Part shown: positions 1 to 12,209 of the stretch, one piece after another
Position numbering within the stretch: position 1 is the first letter of the stretch
How the letters are laid out: the number at the start of each line of letters is the position of its first letter
Assembly (NCBI GenBank): GCA_008632985.1
Contig: QPGO01000104.1
Span: 124,001 to 188,000, forward strand
Source: Psammoneis japonica
Lineage: Eukaryota
Direction: 5' to 3'
Length of the DNA: 64,000 bases
Translations under genes and position numbers: made by a program
The notes under the pieces: generated by a model
Database searches by the model: none
Seen by the model: only the letters and a program-made list of their open reading frames with translations
Told to the model about the DNA's origin: nothing

Positions 1-1050
1 GCATTTTTTTCTTGGTCAGGTTGAGGGGGGAGCTTTTGTTGCTGCTTGCTGCACCCTTTGCTTGTTGTCTTTGCCTCTTCTCAAGCTTCTGAGTGCAATG
101 ACCAATCAACAGAGCAAAACAAGATGCTGGTGGAACAAAAGAGCACCAAAGGGCCACAACATAAAGTGCAAAACTGTTGTCAAGCAGGCAGCCAGCCACA
201 CAGCCAGTGCTGCATCATCAGCACATGTGCAGCATGCTCCAGTGCTGGGTGGAACCTTGTGCTGCTGAGCTGCAATGCTGGCAGCATTTTGTCTTGTGCA
301 GGGCCATGTTTTCTGCTGCAATCAGGGGGGGGGGGACATTTGTTGTGGCACGCTCTGCAGAGAAACAACGCCCTTTTTTTGATGTTTTTTTCATGCAGAG
401 GTGTGGGAGAGCTGGTGATCATGACCTTTCTGCAACCTTCTTTCAATGCCCAAAAAAATGCTTTGTGTGGCAAAAAAGTTGAGAAGTGAGGAGGGCTTGC
501 CTTCGTGGAAAGAGGGGTGCGGGCCATTTGATCAACGTGCTCCCCAGCAAAATGCGTGCCCAGAGCTGGGGCAAAAAACAAGCAACCTCATCAGAGCGCG
601 AAATGTGGTGATCCTGGCCACCCTTCTTGTGGGCAATTTTTAATGCCATTGCATGTAAAAATGCACACCCATCCTTTTGAGAGAGTTGTGTAGAACGTGA
701 TTTTTTATTGCACATCACAGTGTGCCATTTTTCACCATGGGACCCCTCCTTCACCCATGGGACCCCTCCCTTGACTGTCAGAATTCCGTCACTTTTCACC
801 TTTTGAAAGCGATGTTCACAACGTTTTAGTCAACAACAAATCAATGCCAATCATTGCGTTGCATTGATTTAAGAACCTCACATTGCACACACTGGCTCCA
901 TTGCGTGCACTGGCTGGAAAACAAAAGGTTGTGTCACAAACCAATGATTCCTAAAACACTTCATCAAACCTCACAACTGTTGGCATTGAAACCCACTGCA
1001 TTGCTCATCCTCTTTCCATTGTCACACTGACAAAAGCCTCCGCTGCCTTT

Positions 1051-2286
1051 TCACACCGCAGCTTGCTCATCCTCTGCATCTGCACTCGTGTCGCTGCCCG
1101 CATCACTTTCCTCCTCCTCTTCCTCGCTGTCCTCGTCTCCTCTGTTCTTGTCCATTGCCTCTTCCTCCTTCTCCTCATCGTCACTTGAAAGCTCTGTCGT
1201 TGCCTGTGTTCTTGCCTCCTCCACCGGCTTTTTCTTTCTTTTCAATCCCTTGCCTCTTTCGTCAATCTTCCTTTTCTTGCCTTTGCTGTGCCATGTGTTG
1301 AACTGCATGCCCTCCTCACTGAACCTGTCTTTCTTTACTTCTGCCATCAGCTCGTTGAATCGCTTGATCCCTGCATCCTTCCAGGAGTCTCGTTGCCTCG
1401 ACGGGTCCGTGTGCTTGGGTGTTGGTTCCAACTCTTCCTCATCTTCATTGTCCGAACCTCCCCCTGCTGCAACAGTCTTGTCATGACGTGCCTTGTGCTC
1501 CCAACTCTTCCAGCAGTTCTCCAATGTCAACAGCACTGGAGCCTCGTCGCTCGCTGCAGCCAGACCGGTTGCCTTCGTCTCACCCGACTCCATCTTCCTT
1601 CTCCATGTGGTGGTGCTCTTTGTGAATTTCAGGATGTTTTCGCAGAACCAAGCACATGCTTCCTTGTTCTTGCGCTTGTCCTCCACAATCGTTGTCACTG
1701 TCTCCTCCCCCCAAGTTGCCAGGAATGGCTCTTCCTCTTCCGTGCGATCGTTCTTCTTCCTCTTCTTGCTCTTCTTCCCACATCCACCCTTTGCTGCCGG
1801 CTCCTTCTGACTGCGCATCTCCTCTGCTTCATTCTCTGTCAACACGACTTCAGCAAATGAAGGTGCAGCTGTGTTGAGCACAACTAAACTCAACATGCCG
1901 TGCACCACAAAACACTTGCCAGCCGTTGCATTGTTCTTGATCGCCTGAGTGACCGTGCTCCTTTTCGCGTTAATTGCATGCATGATGCACTTCTTTGCCC
2001 AGTCTTCCCACGCTCCCGCCCATTCTTGCTTGCTGCAATTGCCTCCGGCTGTCTTTTTCCTGATGAGCCGCGACACTTTGCCACTGCTTGCCATGTCCGC
2101 CTTGACAAGGAATTTTGCCTTTGGGAAAAGTTCCTTCTGCGCCACCTCTTCCACCTCTCTCTTTATGGACTGGTGATCCCCAGTGGCTCCCACCCACACC
2201 AACGCTGCGGCTGGCCTTGGGCTTGTTGGTTGATCTCCAGCCACCCCCGCAGTTCCTTTCTTCTTCTTCCTTGCCATGGTTGCCAA
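1051..2286 (-). pseudogene. Transposon accessory protein (LFPKAKF..W..INAKRS..DEA.vLL.LEN.W..W..G.kRFNeL..VK.DR pattern, acidic tail), mutated
   Basis: 411-aa ORF with zero Tyr. It reads through a probable former intron whose donor now reads GCAAGT (~1914-1919, minus), presumably from GTAAGT. The motif pattern is recalled as typical of ORFs accompanying such transposases. Confidence 0.5.
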
Positions 2287-2766
2287 TTGTGGGTGGCTCC
2301 ATGCCTTGTGTCCCAGTTATTTTTGCCGTTGGAAAATTTTCAAACCTCTCTTTAATGCTAAAAATCTCATGGTTGCCACCAATGATTCCTTTTTCTCAAA
2401 TGCAACACAATGGAGAATCAACCAAATCTTTTAATGTGCGTGTGATTCATCCATTTTGCCACTCCTTGTGATCTCACGAAAATTTTGAATCATTGTGAAT
2501 TCCAGTTCAAACCTCTCTTTTGCTGCAATTTCAAAATCCACTTCCACAGTGCAAATTGGAAGCAAAAGCACTTTGTTCAAAACATCATTGTGAAACGTGC
2601 ACCTGCAAAAGTTGTTTTCACTGCAATGAACTGGCCCCTCACCTGCTTTAACGTCACTCCGGTTTGCTGTTGGGGCCTGAGCACATCCATCCTTTTTGGC
2701 GCCAAATCGTTTTCTCTGGTCCAATTCGTCATCACCCTCTAACTTCGTAACTCTCAACTTGATGTG

Positions 2767-3891
2767 TCACCCGTGGTTGGAACAGTCAGTCATGTGGGTG
2801 AAAGCCCTCGTCTCCGCTCCGACCATTCTCACGAATTTGTTAACTTCAACGCGACGACGTCTCTCCACCCAACGCTTTTCCTTTCTCCTGCTTTGAAATT
2901 TCTCCCGCTCACCATCCTCCTTCCGGACAATGTCCAGCATCCATTCATTGACTGTCTTTGGAGACAACCTGAAGAACTCCATTTGCTCACAGAACCAAAG
3001 TCTTTCATGGTTGTCTCGCACGATGTCACACTGGAACCACTTCGCCAGTTTTAATGCATCGCAAACAATTCCCTTCTTGTCCATCACAAGTCTGCACGTG
3101 CCTCCCCTCGCCGATGTTTCTCCCAACGGTCCACAAGTGCCTGTCTCGTCCATGCCACAGGTTGGCATGCTGACGCTCGAATTCCGTCTCAATCTCGAAA
3201 TGTCTCCCCTGTCAATGACCAGTTTTGCATCATCACACGCACCCACTGCAAATTCATCCCTCAGCTCTTTCTCTCCTTCCTTGTGCCAAGCACTGCAGAC
3301 ACAGCACATCCTTCCTTGCCTGTCTTGGTGAGTCGCAACGCAGCCCCAATGCTCCGGGCAATGGTGAGCACCAATCCCATGGTTGACGATGCCATTCAAC
3401 CAGCTCAGGTTGTCGTGAATTGAGATCATGCCTGTGCTGGCGTGCATGCACTCAATTGCTTCTGTGCTCCAATCACTCACATGTTCGTGCAGCCAAACCA
3501 TGTGGTTGTACCTCTGCTTCCACAGTTCCTGCCACCTCCCTTTGACATTGTCCTCATTCATCATGCGATGCAGGTCCATCGCGTCATGGCGCAGGTGCGG
3601 GTTAACCGCATGTGCACCACTCTCAAACTTGATCAAAGCTGTCCCTGTGTCATCAGAATGCACCATCCCACCTTGTGGCAAACTTTGCATCAAATGCTCC
3701 AATTCATCAAAAGCCGCCTCGCACTCTGATTCCATGATTTGTTGCCTTCCATCTGCCGTCATGATTGTCAAACTTTCAAATCTCCTCCAGCAGTTGTTCG
3801 GCCAATGTGCCATCAAGCGGTCATTTTGTACAACAGCATTCATTGTTGATTGCAATGTTTGTGTCTGGTGCTGCAGTGGGTGTGGGTGCAC
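2767..3891 (-). pseudogene. Hypothetical transposon-borne protein, TpA-mutated
   Basis: 374-aa protein-like ORF with 1 Tyr and an excess of Cys/His; no family recognised. Confidence 0.4.
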
Positions 3892-4122
3892 CCCTCCTTG
3901 ACTTCTCGCTGTAACGCACCATGGCTTGTCACGTCACAACTCATTTTTTCCCATCTGTAGAAAAACAACCTTTGCAATCAGTTGTTCATGCTCAAAGGTG
4001 TCAATCATTGCAACGCACTCGATTCATTCTCACCCATTGATGTTTTCATTGATTGGAAGAACACAATGCACCCATGTTTTCGTGCCAATTCATGTCGTGT
4101 TTTCCTTCCTTGCCGCCCAAAC

Positions 4123-5830
4123 TGTCTCACTTTTCACGAACTGAACCGGCGCTGCCATTCGAACACACCTGTGTTTGGGTGGCCCACAAACCTGCTGCAG
4201 CAACAAATGGAAGGAAACAGTGGTTGGCAGGGTGGGGATGGTGTGGTGGCATGTCCCCATTGCAAGCGATCCTTCAAACGGATGCTCACCCATTTCCATC
4301 ACTGCCCGCTGTGTTTTTCATTTGCTCAAGAGATGTCCAACTTGTCACGTCACAAGGCAGTCACAAACTGCCCAATGCCAGAGTTGTCAGCAAGGGTTGC
4401 GGCTAAAACTTCCAACGTTGGCAACCAATTCTCTCGCAGACGTGGGTCGGTTGATCTCGACATTTCCTCCTCATCAGATGACTTGTCACAGCCCCGGTTG
4501 AGGCGGTCCAGACAAGGTGCTTCCGCAGCGAACATTGGGCTTGGGTCCACCAACCACAAAAACGACAGAAGCGATGAACCATGGTCACCACCGTTTGATG
4601 ATGACATTTCCGCTCTTGGGTCACAATCCCATCACGAGGAAATTCATGACATGTCCCTGGACTTGTCTTCCGAAGCCAGCTTGTCACCAGATGGCTCATT
4701 TGACACGCTGCCAGATGTCACAATGGAGGGCTCTGAAGTTGCAAATCCTGATGAATCAAACAGCTCAGACAAAGATGATTCGCGGAGTGAAGATGGCCGA
4801 TTGGGTGAGGTGCACCGCAGCCCAGCTGAAGACGCACTTGCGCGCATGCCATCTCTCAGCAATCTCAACGGTGCTTGTGCAGAGCCGTGTGAGCTCTTAG
4901 ACGACTGCAGAGCACCGCTTCACCTGTGCGACAAGATCGCCAAGTTCATCGAAAGACACTGTGGCAGTGCCTTCCATGTCTCACTTTTCATGAACTGAAC
5001 CGGTGCTGCCATTCGAACACACCTGTGTTTGGGTGGCCCACAAACCTGCTGCAGCAACAAATGGAAGGAAACGGTGGTTGGCAGGGTGGGGATGGTGTGG
5101 TGGCATGTCCCCGTTGCAAGCGATCCTTCAAACGGATGCTCACCCATTTCCATCACTGCCCGCTGTGTTTTTCATTTGCTCAAGAGATGTCCAACTTGTC
5201 ACATCACAAGGCAGTCACAAACTGCCCAATGCCAGAGTTGTCAGCAAGGGTTGCGGCTAAAACTTCCAACGTTGGCAACCAATTCTCTCGCAGACGTGGG
5301 TCGGTTGATCTCGACATTTCCTCCTCATCAGATGACTTGTCACAGCCCCGGTTGAGGCGGTCCAGACAAGGTGCTTCCGCAGCAAACATTGGGCTTGGGT
5401 CCACTGACCACAAAAACAACAGAAGCGATGAACCATGGTCACCACCGTTTGATGATGACATTTCCGCTCTTGGGTCACAATCCCATCACGAGGAAATTCA
5501 TGACATGTCCCTGGACTTGTCTTCCGAAGCCAGCTTGTCACCAGATGGCTCATTTGACACGCTGCCAGATGTCACAATGGAGGGCTCTGAAGTTGCAAAT
5601 CCTGACAAATCAAACAGCTCAGACAAAGATGATTCGCGGAGTGAAGATGGCCGATTGGGTGAGGTGCACCGCAGCCCAGCTGAAGACGCACTTGCGCGCA
5701 TGCCATCTCTCAGCAATCTCAACGGTGCTTGTGCAGAGCTGTGTGAGCTCTTAGACGACTGCAGAGCACCGCTTCACCTGTGCGACAAGATCGCCAAGTT
5801 CATCGAAAGACACTGTGGCAGTGCCTTCCA
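4123..5830 (+). repeat. Direct tandem duplication, 854-bp unit (4123-4976 / 4977-5830)
   Basis: Both units begin tgtctcacttttca and end gtggcagtgccttcca; about 10 differences, essentially all at CpG-type sites. Confidence 0.95.
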
Positions 5831-7205
5831 TCTTGGAACACAAATCCCTTGCCGGACCAAACCAATGGAGAACCCACACAAATCTTTTGCAGGTCCGGAA
5901 TGCGAGATGATTCCTGTCAACCTAGAAAGCGTCAATGGGGAACGCGGTGAGACAACAGCAAGAGTTCCGCGGTGGAATTTCAAAGACGTGTGGGAATCGT
6001 TCATGCTGGATGCTTGCACATGGGCCAATCCCAGCAATCTCGCCGACACTGCCGATCCACACGGAATGTGTGTCTCAAAGGGAAAGCACGACAAGTGTGT
6101 TTTGGCAGGAGAGTGGCACAGAAGCACGCACGCAGCCAGGATCTCGGATCCTCTTAAAGAGTTCCTCAAATGTTTGATGATTTACGTTGACAAGACTGGT
6201 GAGACAGCCTCCATGTCGTCTTCCTGCAGAGAACCTGTCACAGTTACGTCGGCTCACATTGCCCACAACCAATGGCATGACAGAGCGAAGTGGCGTGTCC
6301 TTGGTTACATTCCCGACCTAGAAAAAATGTCCTCCTCCACCGCCAAACAGCAATCTAACGCTCGAAAGTTGGAGAAGGGCCAAAGCATCCGGGATTGTCA
6401 CAAGGTGTTGGCAACAATGCTCCAGCCTCTGCCAGACACAATGGAAAACGGCGGCTTTTGCTGCTGCATTCGACGCGGTGATGAGACACGTTTCCTTCAT
6501 GCCATTCCAACAATGATCCCAATCAACGGAGATGCAAAGAGTGGTGACTGCCTTGTGGGCAGGTGTGGTGCCAAGAACTGTCACCAACGTTGTTCCAGGT
6601 TTTGCATGACCGGATGCAATGAGCTTGACGACCCTTGGAAGGAGTGCGAACCAGTCAGGGCTTGTGACATTTTGTTGGTCCAGAACCAAGCAAATGATCT
6701 CAGTCTTGACGAGCAAGAAAGGAACCACTGGCTGCAGCAGCTTCATTGCATGAAGCAGCACAATGTGCCCACCAACAGCTTGCTCAATGCAGATTTCAGA
6801 GAACAGCCGTTCGGAGCAACCCTTTCCACGGCAAGCGACATGATGCACCTTTTTGAAAACGGAACTTTAAAAAGGGAGGTTGGTGTTTTTGTCGACAGCA
6901 TGACAAACTCAGTGAGAAGCGAGGTCGACAGATTGGTGGAAAAAAATTTTGGAAATCACCGATCCACGTGCAATTCTTTCTTACGAACCAACCTCAAGGG
7001 CGGGGCCACATCACTCACCTGCCTCAACTCACATCATTGGGCGGGGATGGCCTTTGTTTTTTATTTGTTGCTGCTGACAAAGGAAGGCAGAGATCTCTGC
7101 GAATCTTGTTTTCTCCAGGAAGACCAAGACAATCCTCCATTGCCATCAGGGCAGGACACGAGCATTCCTCCAACAACACAGACTCCTCCAAAGACAATGA
7201 GCTGA
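4926..7205 (+). pseudogene. Plavaka-like transposase (N-terminal C2H2-like CPRC..H..HC, core IYVDKT / WRVLGYIPDL / GDAKSGD / DMMHLFENG), TpA-mutated and apparently truncated
   Basis: Motif order matches Plavaka transposase catalytic motifs as I recall them. Only 3 Tyr in 759 aa, all in TTA context. Confidence 0.65.
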
Positions 7206-7364
7206 GTTCATTGTCTGCGGCGAGTCAAGACTCCTCCGAATCCAATGAACTTAGTTCTTTCTCCGCGTCAAATCAACAATCCTCCGAAGACAATGAGCTA
7301 AGTTCATTGTTTGCGGCGAGTCTAGACTCCTCCGATGACAATGAGCTAAGTTCATTGTCCGCGG
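7181..7364. repeat. 48-bp tandem repeat (~4 copies) with internal 23-bp imperfect palindrome gacaatgagctaagttcattgtc
   Basis: Palindrome copies start at 7193, ~7241 (degenerate), 7289 and 7337. Confidence 0.85.
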
Positions 7365-9828
7365 GCAGTCCATCAACAGCAGAGAAAACACTGGCACCGT
7401 CTGATTGCACGGCTGATTCACACACAAATGTGCGCGATTCAGCATTGTCTTGTGATTGGCAAAGGTTGGGGTCGTCGTCAACACACTCCAAAATTTCACA
7501 CTCGGTTGACCCACATGGCTTGCGGAGACGATGCCCAGAGGGAGAGAAGGTAAACAGGTCTTGTCCTGAACAGGGTCCTTGGAAAACACAATCAAAAATG
7601 TGGGTGCAGCAATTGTCTGAATTCTCACAAAGTTTGTGCTCGGTTCCGTTCCAACCGTGCTCTTCGGTTCCTGTTTTGGATGATGTCCTTTGGTGCATGA
7701 GCGGCCTTTCTTCCGGTTGGACATGCCCCAGTTGTGCGGCAGCTCCCAAATTGAAGACAGGACAGATGATGTCATTGAGTCTTGGATGGTCTTTCACTGC
7801 GACACCTGCCAGCACCAGACATTGCAGCACCAACATGAGACGAATCTCACTGAAATCTGCTCCCTGGTCTGCCCAAGCATCACACGCTGCCTTGCACCAT
7901 TGTTCCATTAAGTTGGGACAGAACTCGTTGGTGTCGACGTTGTTGTTCATCCAGAGAAGTGCAGCACAGATTTCTTCCACCATTGCGCCAATTAGGTCAT
8001 TCGCGTTTCCGACGCAACAAGGGTCTAGAAATGCATCGCAAAATTTCTCGTGCGTCAAATTGGTGGGGCTGATCCCACCCACCTGTGGGTCACCGTGTGG
8101 CACCCCAAATGTGTTCTGCAAGTGATCGGCAAAGTTGACAAACGGGTCAGCACCTTCGCAACAAAGGTCAGGAAGACACTTGTCCCCCACGCAGCAAAAT
8201 CGGTGACATCCAGTGGGACAACCAGCATGGATCGCCAAATGAATGACTCGTTTTGGGTCGGGACCCAATCGGCACACAATGTTCTTGAAACGGCAGATCA
8301 CTGTGACTGGGGCAGACAAGTGGAAGTCCCTGACTGGGAAAGTGGGGAACTTGAGTCAATCCATGTGCACCTCGACATGTGAAGAGTTGCCACCTCCACC
8401 AATGAGAACATTGTCCCACGGCCTGTTGTCGTCAAGGGAAAGATGCTTGAATGCAATGCTGGAGAGTGACACATCGGGGTGGGTGGGACCATTGTGCTGC
8501 AAGTCCAAGTCTTTAAGTGCAAAATCAAGCTGAGCTCGATTGTGGTGCATGCGAGCAAGCACAGGCTTCATGTCGCACTGGTCGTTGCAGTGTTGACCAA
8601 TGGTCCCTCTGCTGTTGGCAACAACCTTGAAGGACCAGATGTCACCAAAGGCATCCATGATAAAGAAGCAACCTGCAGCTGTCTTCCTGTGTTGACGCCA
8701 CATGCAGTTTTTATTGTCACAGTGACCATCACAGTCTTGACCCCGGGAAATGCACAATCCCTGCATGGTGACGTCCTCACGTTTGAAGAAGAGACAGCCC
8801 ATTTCGTTGCCCAACTTTTGCGAGCATTCCTCGCACCGAAGTGACCAGTTAAATGGTGGTGGATTGCTCAGTTTTTTCAGCTCTGCCTCATTTTCGCAAA
8901 GCTGAATCGAGTCAAGGATGTCGGCTGCCATCGCCTTGATTTTGGAGGTCTCGTTGGCGTCAAAGTTGTCATCGGGCTCAAAGACATCAAGCCCGTAAGC
9001 AGCCTTTGGTTTGGCCAGTTTGGCAGAACCAGGCATCTTGGGGTGACACGCTCTCCCAGCACAACCAAACTTCATCCTGCGTGCTTCGCCGTTTTGAACT
9101 GCAACCGGTCCGTCACGTGTCAAATCGGACTCTCCCTTCAACAGAACAAATGGAAGAAGGGCAGGAATGCATGCACGAAGGCACCCGAAGTGCCCTTTGT
9201 ACAGAGAGTTAGCCTGACGGGTGACGGAGAGTTCCTCGGAGAAGTGATTGAGGTTAGGAGGGCACTCGGTTCGAACACGAGATGCGGTTGCAGAATCACA
9301 CAATGGCGCATTGTTTGAGAACGTGTGCCAGTTTTCCCGCAAGTCATCTGCCAGGCAAAAATCCGTGGCGGAATGATGAAGCACCCGATCAGTGTCAGTG
9401 GCTTTGTCAATGATGTGAAGGTGTGACAAATGAGAAGAAACTTCCTCAGTTGTGACGGGTTGACAATTGGACGGGTCAAAGCGGTCGCGGAGTGTGGACA
9501 GGTCCAGCCATGACATGTCGTTTGGGTCACTAGAAGGAGACGTAACCGCGGGAGGATTAGCTGAAACAGAAGGAGGAGAGGAATGAGGTTTGGACGAAGG
9601 ACCTTTGGAGGCAGAAGTGGGTTTTAGGTTTTCCACAATTTCTGAGAGTGATGGAAGGTTGGCGGCAAGAGTCCGGTGCGCCTCCCCAGACGACGGAACA
9701 TTGCCAGAAAGCGATGGAGGGGCTTGTTCATTGCAAGATGCAGGCTTGGCCTTCTTGTTGGGAACGGTCAAGGAAGGCTCTGGTGGGTCGTGAACAATCA
9801 TGGGGTGTGAGAAGAGACATTGAGACAA
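7273..9828 (-). pseudogene. Large transposon cargo gene; possible TET/JBP-like HxDxxN region followed by a possible aG/PT-pyrophosphorylase-like helical region
   Basis: ORFs 8356-9828 and 7273-8319 are in the same frame, separated by one TGA (..HMD*LKFPTFPVRDFHLSAPV..). Motifs GHCDNKN and LGAAAQL...EHKLCE. Domain identity is tentative. Confidence 0.4.
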
Positions 9829-10996
9829 CAGACACAGGTGGAAAGGCAGAAGGCGGGAGGTGGGGGGGGTTTCTTACCATCGTACAAACAGGTGCCATCC
9901 TTGCGGGTCCTCCTAATTTTCCGTTTGGTTTTGGAGTTGTAGATTCGTTTGTCATCATCTTCCAAGCAGTCGGCCCTCTGACCATGCATTCTGCAACGGA
10001 GCATTGTGAGCTGCTTGCTGTGCCCAGGTTGGATGCCAATTTGCTCCTTGGGACAATGCTTCCCAAATTCGTGATTCAACATGGAATTGATTTTTTCTTC
10101 ACAAGCCTCACGGCGTGCAAGGGAATTGCCTTGCATTGTCACCGTGTTCTTTGTGTTGCCGGTTGAGTCGTCAAGGAACCCTTGATCTCATCTGCCTGGG
10201 CACCAGGATTGTCAGTGTCGCATGCAACCAGAAAGCTGTTGACAAAGAGGCGCCATTCCTTTGGGTTTTGATGTGACGGAAAATCTTCAAGAACCAATGG
10301 TCCATGTCCTTGGGCTTGCACTGAACGCAACGCATGACGATGTCAGTGACAAAACAGGCACTGTGGAGGTCTTGGGCTCGATCGTTGATCAAACTTTGGA
10401 GACTTTTGCACCGTAAAAATTGGAAACAAGGCTCACCAGATAAAGGATCGTTTGGGTCATCTCCGGCAATGATCGCACAAACAAATTCCACCATCGCCTG
10501 GATGTTGCGGTGAAGAAGCATGTGGTCATGCTGTTCTTTTTCTGTCTCTCCGGACATTTTGGAGAAATGCAGAGCCTCCTCGAGATTTTTATGTCGCAGG
10601 ACATGTTCGCCTTTCGCACGGCGGGATTTCTCAATGGACCAACCACGAGTCATGATGCAGGACCAAATGTCGGGATAGCCAAGGGTTTTCCTCACAATGT
10701 CATTGGTGCGGATTACTTCGGCAACATGAGGAACACGGCATGACTTCGGCTTGTGACAAAGGAAGGGAAGAGCGAGGAATTCTGGAGAGGGGGGTCCAAT
10801 TCGTTGACTCCAAAAACTTCTTTTTTGAGGCACGCATTGCAGTTGTGCTTTTGAGCTTGGGTTGGAACAATTCGAATCCAAAACCATTGGTGAAACATTC
10901 TGTTTCATCAAAATTTAAGTCCTCGGTAATTTGGAAAGAAGGGTCAGGGTCGACCTCGTCGTCAGACGGGGTAAAGTCGTCAGATGCCATGGCCAA
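9798..10996 (-). pseudogene. Frameshifted protein-like ORFs, probably the 5' part of the cargo gene or a further cargo gene
   Basis: Overlapping minus-strand ORFs 10700-10996, 10171-10911 and 9798-10142 with acidic N-terminus MASDDFTPSDDE. Confidence 0.35.
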
Positions 10997-11030
10997 CAGT
11001 CAGTTGCCGATTCACGTAGAATGTGCAGGA

Positions 11031-11089
11031 TTCACAACAGTGCACCCTCTCGTCAAAAGCATTTTGGGGAGAGGGTGCACTGTTGTGAA
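11031..11089. repeat. Perfect 21-bp inverted repeat (hairpin)
   Basis: ttcacaacagtgcaccctctc (11031-11051) and gagagggtgcactgttgtgaa (11069-11089), with a 17-nt loop. Confidence 0.9.
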
Positions 11090-12209
11090 ATGGGTGGAGA
11101 ACTGCGCATGTAGAAAAGGCACCAAAATGCAGGTAGGGGCCCATTCACTGGACAACTGGAGCATCCAGGTGGAAACAATGAGACAGTGTTCCTCTGGGCA
11201 ATTGCGTGGCCGACTGGGGTGAGGGAGAAATGCCATCATCTGTGGTGACGCAAGGCTGCGGTGAAGCCATTGAAAAGCACTGTCAAAGTTAACGATTCCA
11301 CAAACATGTGAAAAATTGATCAAAACAAAAAGCATCATTCAACAACAAAGGGATTGTTGAAATTCTTTGGTGACTTAAAAGCAAAAAAAAACGGCAACAA
11401 TTGCCAACATAAAATGGCAACAACAAATGCAAGTTGACTGTCAAACAAATGATGCAACATTGCCAAATTTAGCACACATTTGTCAAATTAAATGTTCCAA
11501 AATTTTCCAAAGGAAAGTGAACAACACCATGTTGCGGCCTCTGATGCTGTGGCCACTTTTGCTGGCCACAGCCCCCCTTGCCAAGCTTGGTGGCCTGCCA
11601 TGCTGCTTTCATTGCAGCAAAATCAGCAACTCCAAGAGCCAAGCTGCAGGGAGAGGACCCTCCCCTGGGGTGGTGGCCAGCTGGGCTCCCGTTGACTGCA
11701 ACAAACTTCTTCCAGCTTTGGGCTGGGCTCAATTGTGCACACATTTGAAGCCAACAAAATGGTGCAAAAAGTCAGTCAGAAAGCAAAGTGCCAGTGCGCC
11801 ACACTTGGGTTGACAGCACACTCCTTTGCACCAAGCTCCTCTGCAATGCGCTGTCCACAGCCCCAGTGTTGCCAAGCTGGCAGAGCTGTGGAGCACACAT
11901 GAGGGAAGTCTTGTTGGCTGCAAAGCTGATGCCAGCACTTCCAGCCTTGCCTCAGTGGCCGCATTCATGCTGCGCACTGTTTTGCGACCTTTTCCAGTGT
12001 CATCATCTTGCCTTGTTGAGGTTGGGGCCAGTGCGCTGTGCTTTGAAGAAAGGAGCCTTCTGGCCATTCTCTTGCAAAGTCATGGGTGGCAGTCACATTG
12101 CAAGCTGGGGGCGCCACGGCCACGGACTCAAGCAGCTGCAGCCCAGCAACAACTGGAAAGCAAAGTCGCTGGTCCATCCAGCAACACTTCTCTCAACATG
12201 TGCAGATGC

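Larger units (their letters stand above)
1051..11000. mobile_element. Degenerate Plavaka-like (CMC/CACTA-related) DNA transposon with accessory/cargo genes; termini not located
   Basis: Transposase-like ORF at 4926-7205, an accessory ORF at 1051-2286 and further cargo ORFs, all within one TpA-depleted block. Confidence 0.6.

Noticed and set aside
7181..7364. CRISPR-like array (palindromic repeats with regular spacing)
   Set aside because: The intervening sequences are similar to each other, there are no cas genes and the context is eukaryotic; it is a tandem repeat.
1051..9828. Alternative genetic code or foreign (viral/HGT) DNA with natural TA avoidance
   Set aside because: The same signature is imposed on copies of ordinary host genes whose intact versions lie in this window.
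737..11340. Terminal inverted repeats of the Plavaka-like element
   Set aside because: A short direct repeat (catgggacc-cctcc) is present near 737-770, but I could not find a matching inverted end.
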